DNA from: the human T2T-CHM13v2.0 reference genome, Homo sapiens
DNA length: 64,000 nucleotides
Strand: one strand, 5' to 3'
Assembly (NCBI RefSeq): GCF_009914755.1
Contig: NC_060947.1
This document shows, piece after piece, positions 55,821-64,000 of this stretch. The position numbers and the translations under genes were made by a program. Every line of letters starts with the position of its first letter. The first letter of the stretch is position 1. Below the pieces are notes generated by a model that did no database searches, was not told the origin of the DNA, and saw only the letters and a list, made by a program, of their open reading frames with translations.

Positions 55821-56352
55821 AGCTTTTTTGTGTACTTTTAAGTTCAGGGTTACATGAGCAACTTTGTTACATAGGTGCATCATGGGGGTTTGTTGAACAG
55901 ATTATTTCATCATCCAGGTATTAAGCCTAGTACCCATTAGTTATTTTCCTGATCCTCTCCCTCTTCCTACTCTCCAGCCCCAAGCACGCATTGCTATCTG
56001 TTGTTTTCTTCTTTGTGTCCATGTGTTCTCATCATTTAGCTCCCACTTATACCTGAGAGCATGCAATATTTTTTTTTCCGTTCCTGTGTTAGTTTGCTAA
56101 GGATAATGGTCTCCAGCTCCATCCATGTCCCTGTAAAGGACATGATCTCATTCTTTTATATGGCTGCATAGTATTTCATGATGTATATGAACCACACTTT
56201 CTTCATCCAGTCTATCATTGATGGGCATTTGGGTTGATTCCATGTATTTGCTATTGTGAATAGTGCTGCAGTGAACATATGAGTGCATGTATTTTTATAA
56301 TAGAATTATTTCTATTCCCTTAGGTGTACACTCAGTAATGGATTGCTAGGTC
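55821..56352 (-). mobile_element. Older L1PA (about L1PA13-16) 3' end
   Basis: TTAAGTTCAGGG...GATTATTTCATCATCCAGGTATTAAGCCTAGTACCCATTAG...GGATTGCTAGGTC. Confidence 0.85.
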
Positions 56353-57348
56353 AGACGGATGTTTTATAACTGTAGAGTCTATGGTTCCAATTCTCAAATC
56401 CAGATTTCATGCTTCAGTTGTTACAAAAAGTCAGAAGACAGCAGAATAAGACAGGAATAAGAAATAATATATTATATATATATATATATCTGTATATCTC
56501 TTCTACTAAGCATGATACATGAATGGCATTTCATTTTTCTCATTAAACCTTTTCCATCAACTGAGAAGGCACATATTAAAATAAACTATCAAGGATGCAA
56601 AAATACCTACTCATGCACTTTGAATGGAACAGTCTGAATAGAATCAAGACAAGAGGCGGACTCTTCAGACAATATTGAGCATCTGCTGGGTTAATAATAA
56701 TGTTCAGTTACACCAGTCCTTCATTGAATTCTACTGTACCCAGGCATGAAAATCCAGCAGTTTAGATGGCACCAAGAAGGTGCCACAGTTAAGCTGCACA
56801 AGCCAGTTACAAAATCGCAAACTATGCAAAATTGATTTCTAGTTCAGAAAGGAAATTATTATAGAATTGGGTAGACATAAAAGGCTGGCATGTGAATCTC
56901 ATGCAATGACACCCCACCTCTATGCCATGTGTCACTCTGCTATCCACATGCTTTCTGTGGTAACTCGCTAACACACGGTCTGACCTTGTATATCCAAGTG
57001 GAATTATCATTTAGTTACTTTACTGCAAACAGCCTATAAATAGTTTTGCAATTATAATCTTGATTTGAAAAATATGAATAGAAAAGGAATAACTTCCTTG
57101 GGGAAGCTGTTAAGTGCATTATTATTCCATCTTTCAAATGAGAATGCACTTTTAATCCCAGCCTTCCTCTCTGATCAGAATTTCTTTTATGCACTGGATT
57201 CAACAGCACTCTGGAAGTTCATTCTCCACTGCAAGCCCACAGATGCATAATCACACAAGGGAAGGTGCTTCACCCACCACATCTGAGTCTCAATTTTGCC
57301 CAATAAGAATCCACTTTTCTCAATGCCATGAATCCCACAAAATGTACA

Positions 57349-57711
57349 TGTATTAGTCCATTTTCATACTGCTATGAAGAAATACCCAAGACTGGGTAAT
57401 TTATAAGCAAAAAGAGGTTTAATGGACTCACAGTTCCACATGGCTGGGGAGGCCTCACAATCATGGTGGAAGGCAAAGGAGGAGTAAAGGCATGTCTTAC
57501 ATGGTGGCAGGCAAGAAGGCATGTGCAGGGGAACTGCCTTTTATAAAATCATCAGATCTCCTGAGACTTATTCACTATCATGAGAACAGCATGGGAAAAT
57601 CTGCCCTCATGATTCATTTACCTCACACTATGTCCCTCCCATGAAACATGGGGATTATGGGAGCTACAACTAATGATAAGGTTTGGGTGGGGACAAAGCC
57701 AAATCATGTCA
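57349..57711 (-). mobile_element. THE1C-like solo LTR
   Basis: TGTATTAGTCCATTTTCATACTGCTATG...AGCCAAATCATGTCA; TSD GTACA/TTACA. Confidence 0.9.
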
Positions 57712-57768
57712 TTACACAAAGCTAGTTGGGCTGCTTTTTTGAACCACTGAAATAACTCTTCTAAGAGA

Positions 57769-58226
57769 TGTGAAAGGAAAATAAGTCTTGGGGACCCCAA
57801 AATCACTAAGCTAAAGGGAAAAGTCAAGCTGGGAACGGCTTAGGGCAAACCTGCCTCCCATTCTATTCAAAGTCACCCTTCTGCTCACTGAGATAAATGC
57901 ATATCTGATTGTCTCCCTTGGAAAGGCTAATCAGAAACTTAAAACTTAAAAGAATGCAACCATTTGTCTCTCACATACCTGTCATCTGGAAGCCCCCTCC
58001 CTGCTTGAGTTGTCCTGCCTTTCCGGACGGAACCAATGTACATCTTACATATATTGAGTGATGTCTTATGTCTCCCTAAAATGTATAAAACCAAACTGTG
58101 CTCTCACCAACTTGGGCACATGTCACCAGGACCTCCTGAGGCTGTGTCATGGGTGCATGTCCTCAACCTTGACAAAATAAACCTTCTAAATGAACTAAGA
58201 CCTGTCTCAGATATTTGGGGTTCACA
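57769..58226 (+). mobile_element. MER4A1-like ERV1 solo LTR
   Basis: TGTGAAAGGAAAATAAGTCTTGGGGACCCCAAAATCACTAAGC...GGGGTTCACA; TATAAAA at 58084, AATAAA at 58176; TSD GAGA/GAGG. Confidence 0.85.
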
Positions 58227-59619
58227 GAGGTAACTAATTCATGGAAGAAGGTTCTAATGTTATTCAATGGCTTAAAAAAAGCTAATTAGCTGAGACTGAA
58301 CTGGTTGACTTGACAGACAAGGATATAGTCTGAAAGTAACCACAATTGATATATTAGAATTAGCATTTTGAATGAACTCTGTTCTCCAGCTACTTTTCTC
58401 TCTCTTTACAAATTATTTTCTGAAGAAATCTGGTTTTGTAAGTTTTTCTATGTATCTTGATTCAAAAAACTTTGATTTCATACTTAGTTAGAATTGACAA
58501 GATTGCCCTCAACCACACTGCATCGTGGAGAGTAATGACCTCCTGGTGAAAATGAAGGATATTTATAAAATTCAGCTCTGCCTGCCTTCATAAATCCACA
58601 TTTTCAAAGGAGAATGAAACCCACACCCATTGAACCACAAAGAATATTCCCCCCACTTGTCATTTTTCTGTGGACTTTTAAAGTAACATACCTTTCAGAG
58701 TCCAGAATGCTCATTTCAAAGAGATTTCTTTTGTTCTGTTATTATCAGTGATGGAAGGGCCTTTATTGGGAGTATTCTGTAACTCATTGTAACTTGCTTT
58801 AAAGTGAATATTTCAGCTTCATACCTGGTCATGTGGTTTCTCCTTTAGCTCTTCTTGTTTGCACAGTTAAGCAGGAAGGAAACCAACCATTTGTACAAAT
58901 AAAAGTGGAGAATTAAGGTATGCTGTCATTTTTAAAATTTCTCCCCAAGGGGTTTTACTGACTGTCTAAACTGGGCTTGTGGGTTATCAGTTTTCTGAAA
59001 TTCTATGGCCCAATTTGATAGGTACAATTCCAAATTGTAATTTCAAGCACAATCTAGTTGATTGCCCTCAAAATGCTGACCCTGACCCATAAAGACTAGT
59101 CAAGGACCACAGGATTTCAGCTTCCTTCTTGGACAGGCTGGGTGTTGGCCACACCGCAAAAGTAACAGGGACATAGCTGATGTATTGGCTTTTCTACACC
59201 TGCTGATTTCTATTTTTGTTTAAATATTTAGGGCAGACAGATAGTTAGGTCAGCGTCTTGCCTTCTCTTTGTAGGACTTAATTCCTAGATCAACCCAGGA
59301 GCCCTCTTTTGAGGGAGTATATCCATCAAAGCTCCCATGTAAAACCTTGTCTCTGATTTCCTTTAATTTTTTTAAATTTAAAAACAATAAAAATAATCTT
59401 TCTTTCTCTCTCTTTTCAGAGAAGCCTAGATCTCAGGGACTGATGTTTCAGACTGAAGAATTCACAACACTGCATTGAAAATATTCCTTCCTCCTTTAAA
59501 AACATCCTTTTCTCGTGACACCCACCTCCTCATTCAAATATAGTAAAATCGTGAGAAGAAGACGACAATGGAGAAGCTAGAATCTTGGGACTGGCAACTT
59601 TTCAGGAGTCTCTAACAGG

Positions 59620-60527
59620 ATGGAATCCTCTACCTTGGCACTATTGATATTTGAGGCCTGATAATGAAACCGCCTTTGCAAAATTATGACAGTAAGAGAA
59701 ATCTGATATCATTGACTCCATCTTACTTCTGACCTTTAAGCTGTCCTTGCTCATTCCTGGGCATAGGCCAAGCTAACTTTGGGAGGAATTTAGTTTATGG
59801 TTTAACTTTGAAATAAGAATGATTATAGTCCCTCCCTAAAAAATAATCCCCTCCCTTTTAGGGGCTGAAACCACCTTTGTAAGACTAATGAGGAGTCAGA
59901 AGATAGACATAGTTTCTCTCATCCCTTACTGCTCAGGAGTCATGTGGCCAACTCACAAGATTTGTGACCTACCCAATCGCTCCTATAGAAAACATCACTA
60001 CTGTTGTTTTTTTCTGAGTTGTTTTTCAGGCTGACCCCACCCAGACCCAGGACTCATTACTGCACTGTTCCTGTGGTCCTACCCAGAGGTGGACTCAGTG
60101 CATGGAGACCGCTTTCTACACTTCTATTATTTCATCCCCAGCCAAGCAGCAGTACCCATTCCCTATGCCCCTGCCCACCAAATTGTCTATAAAACCCTCT
60201 AACCTCTAAGCCTTCAGGGAGACTGGTTTCAGTGATAACTCCAGTTCTGCTGCGTGGACCAGTCTCATGTCAATTAAACTCTTTCTCCATTACTGCAATG
60301 CTACGGTCTCAGTAGATTGATTTTGTCTGTGCAGTGGGCAAGAAGAACCCACAGGGCGATTACAATAATTCTCTGTGATGGGGCTGTCCTGTGCATTGCA
60401 CGATGGTTAGCAGCATTTCTGGCGTCCACCCACTAGCCAGTAGTAGAGCACTCCCCTACCTCTAACTATTAAAATGTCTTTGGACATTGTCCCCTGGTGG
60501 ACAAAATTGGCATTGCTTGAGAACCCT
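59620..60527. mobile_element. MER20 hAT MITE split by LTR8
   Basis: CCTTGGCACTATTGATATTTGAGGCCTGATAA | TTCTCTGTGATGGGGCTGTCCTGTGCATTG...TTGAGAACC. Confidence 0.82.
59665..60364 (+). mobile_element. LTR8-family ERV1 solo LTR
   Basis: TGAAACCGCCTTTGCAAAATTATGAC...GGGCGATTACA; perfect 4-bp TSD ATAA. Confidence 0.9.
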
Positions 60528-60920
60528 ATGATGTTAAGAGGTACTTACCCAAAGAATATGCAACAATTATTATTATCTGCATAGCTATAACAAAATTCTC
60601 CTTACTAATGTAAAACCCTTTTTCTATTGTAATGCTTTAAAAAATATTCCACTTTGCATTCCCAAATCATTTTACTAAAAAAGATTTACTCTTCTCATTT
60701 CAAGGTTTTGAGAAATCCAGGTGGCCTTGAATGTTAGATTTATCTTTTTGGATAGAAAAATCCTAAGTGTTTTCTGTCTCGCAGATAACTGGCTGGCTCT
60801 GTTTCACAAAGTTCTGCAAAGAATGAACACATGTTCTATTCAGTATACAGCCATGTTAAAGATTCCAGAAGTTTTTCTGCTCCAATGTTACCATTGGACT
60901 GAATTTAATGAAATTGAAAT

Positions 60921-61940
60921 TGATCAATGGAAAAAAAAACTCCATAAAATATTTTAAAGATGTTTATTCTGAGCCCATAATTGATCGCAGCCCAGGAAAA
61001 ACACAAACCCAAGAAGCCTTGAGTAAGTGACCCCAAGGCGGTCAGATTACAGTTTAGTTTTAGGGAGACAGGAGTTACAGACAAAGACATAAATCAATAT
61101 GTGGAAGGTAGATATTGGTTTGACCTGAAAGGTGGAATAACTTGAAGCAGGGGCTTCCAGGTTATAGGTGGATTCAGAGATTCTTTAATTTGCAGCAGGC
61201 TAACGAACTAAGACTCTTTCTGGAACTTGGAGTCAGCAGAAAAGAATGGTTAGATTAAGATAAGGAAACTGTATGGGAAGACTGATGGCCTGCAGGCATG
61301 ACTTAACCTTTGCCTGGCATGGCCTGAGGTTCTATTTATAATTTGGTGTCTAATTGCCACAGGGTCTTGTCAGTCTTGCGGTGGAGAAGTTTTTAACATT
61401 AATGCTGGTCAGTTGTATCTAAATTCCAAAAGAGAAGAGGTATAAAGAAGAATGTTTCACTTCTGATATGGTTTGGCTGTGTCCCCACCCAAATCTCATC
61501 TTGAATTGTAGCTCCCATAATTCTCACTTGTTGGAGGAGGGACCCCATGGAAGACAATTGAATCATGGGGGGCAGTTTCCCCCATATTGTTCTCGTGGTA
61601 GTGAAAGAGTCTCATGAGATCTGATGGTTTTATAAGGGGAAACCATTTTGCTTGGCTCTCCTTCTCTCTTCTCTGCTGCCATGTAAGACGTGTCTTCCGC
61701 CTTCCACCATGATTGTGAGGCATCCTGAGCCGCCTGGAACTGTGACTCCATTAAATCTCTTTTCCTTTGTAAATTACTCTGTTTCGGGTATGTCTTTATC
61801 AGCAGCGTGAGAACGGACGAATACAACTTCCCTTCCTGTCATGGCCAGAACTCAGTTTTTCAGGATTCTCTGGGGTTCCCTCAGTCAAGACAGGATCTGA
61901 TCAGTTGGTGGAGAGCTTAGGATTTTATTTTTAGTTTACA
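60921..61940 (-). mobile_element. MER4D/E-like ERV1 LTR split by THE1B
   Basis: GTTTATTCTGAGCC...TTTTAGGGAGACAGG...GGATTTTATTTTTAGTTTACA. Confidence 0.75.
61464..61825 (+). mobile_element. THE1B-like solo LTR
   Basis: TGATATGGTTTGGCTGTGTCCCCACCC...GGACGAATACA; perfect TSD ACTTC. Confidence 0.92.
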
Positions 61941-61954
61941 AATTTAACAAGATG

Positions 61955-62725
61955 TGTGATCATATAGTGTTTTCGAACAGTACTTCTGATACCATCTATG
62001 TGTCACTTTCTTATCCCAATTCTGCAATTCTCTGATATCAACTGGGTTTCCAACAGCTCCATTCGATTCTGACACTAACACCTCGAGTTAGCACAGACCA
62101 CACAGGTTAAGGGTTCAGTCCCACAGGGCTGTCATACTTCAAGTCCCAGAGACCACCTATATTTCCGACCCACTGGCTAGAAGTTTGGGGGTTCCCATAA
62201 TGCCTTCTTCAGGCTCAATAAAAATTCTCTAGAATGACTCACAGAACTTAGGAAAATATTTTACATCACTATTACTGGCTTATTTACAGGATACCAATCA
62301 AGAATAGCCAGATGGAAGAGACATATAGAGCAAGGCATGGGGGTGAGGAGGGGCACAGGGCCAAGAACTTCCATACCCTCTGCAGACACTCCACCCTCCC
62401 AGCACATCAGTGTGTGCACCCACCTGGAAGCTCCGCATATCATTGCTTAAGGGTTTTCATAGAATTCAGTGCCCAGCTTCACTTCCCTATGGTCAGGGGA
62501 TGGAGCTGAAAGTTCCCATTCTCTAATCACAGGTTTGCCCTTGCTGGTGACCGGTCCTCACTCTGAGGCTATCTAGGGGTCCCCTCACCACTCATTGGCA
62601 TAAACTCAGGTACGCTGGAAAGGGGGTCCTTATGAATAACAAAAGACACTCCTCTATCACTCAGGAAATGCCAAGGGTTTTAGAAGCTTTCTGCCAGGCC
62701 ACAGAGATCAGATTTTTATAGCATA
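61955..62725 (-). mobile_element. MER21B/C-like LTR
   Basis: CACAGGTTAAGGGTTCAGTCCCAC...GAATGACTCACAGAACTTAGG...TCACTCAGGAAATGCCAAGGGTTTTAG. Confidence 0.75.
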
Positions 62726-62899
62726 GTGACAGGCAGGAGCACTGGCCCAATCCAGCCACAATATCAGGGCCTGGCTAGGAGGAAACCACCGAAAGGGGAG
62801 AAGCTCTGCGTGTTTTGCTGAGCTAAAGGCAGCAAGATTCTGCACAACTAACATTCCTAACAGCTCCTAGAAATGGCCAACCCCTCCCATGGGCATTCA

Positions 62900-63130
62900 A
62901 GTTGTAGCATGTGATAGAATTTCTTTTCTCTTTAAGGCTGAATACTAGTCCATTGAATAGATAGGCTATGTTTTATTTATCCATTCATCTGTCATTGAAC
63001 ATTAGGGTTGCTTCTACTTCTTGGCTATTGTGAATAGTTCTGCAATGAACACGGGTGTGCAAATATCTCTTTGAGATCCTGATTTCAGTTCTTTTGGATA
63101 TATATCCCCACACAAAGATTGCTGAATCCT
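62900..63130 (-). mobile_element. L1M fragment
   Basis: GTTGTAGCATGTG...TTGGCTATTGTGAATAG...GGGTGTGCAAATATCTCTTTGAGATCCTG. Confidence 0.75.
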
Positions 63131-63550
63131 TTTAATTTTTTTTTTCAAAGAAAATGGGCAACATAGTTGAAGTCAGCATCGGGGAATGAAATTGCTGACA
63201 CTTAGATACATTTAGATAAAGATAAGATAACAATCCAGGGAAAGGAGTACTTTCTCCACATTTATTTCCCCAGAGCTCTGTAAACAGAAATCTGAGAGAC
63301 AATTACAATTTGAGGAGCTGGAGTCCCTGGAAGTCATGCAAATTCTGTATTTACAGTAGCTTCCGTGTCTTCATTTCCAAATATTTTTCATCTCTACAAT
63401 GTTTTCACCTAATCAGGTTTTTGGGGACTATTTGTGATTCTATTATTTTACTTGAAAAAATGGTATGTCGGGCCCTATGTGATGTTGTTTATCATAAAAT
63501 ACCTGAGGAGGAACTCTGGTCCTGTGATAGTCATTTAAAACCAGCCATTA

Positions 63551-64000
<450 letters not shown>

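Overview
Human-type (primate) genomic DNA with no recognisable host gene, RNA gene or CpG island. The window is dominated by transposable elements. It opens inside a young, 5'-truncated, minus-strand L1HS-like LINE-1 (1-4435) whose ORF2 carries a single CGA>TGA stop. The rest holds about 15 THE1/MST insertions, several MLT1 LTRs, ERV1/ERVL solo LTRs, about 14 Alus or Alu fragments, old L1M/L2 pieces and hAT/Tigger DNA-transposon fossils, often nested and often with readable target-site duplications (TSDs). Notable structures: two internally tandem-amplified MLT1C (STIR-like) elements sharing one junction, which hint at distal Xp/Y; a two-LTR MST provirus with its internal region deleted; a ~560-bp old local duplication 3 kb apart; and a 1-kb almost pure purine tract with a higher-order repeat. 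I found no convincing novel gene system. Repeat subfamily names come from recalled consensus sequences and need RepeatMasker/Dfam confirmation.
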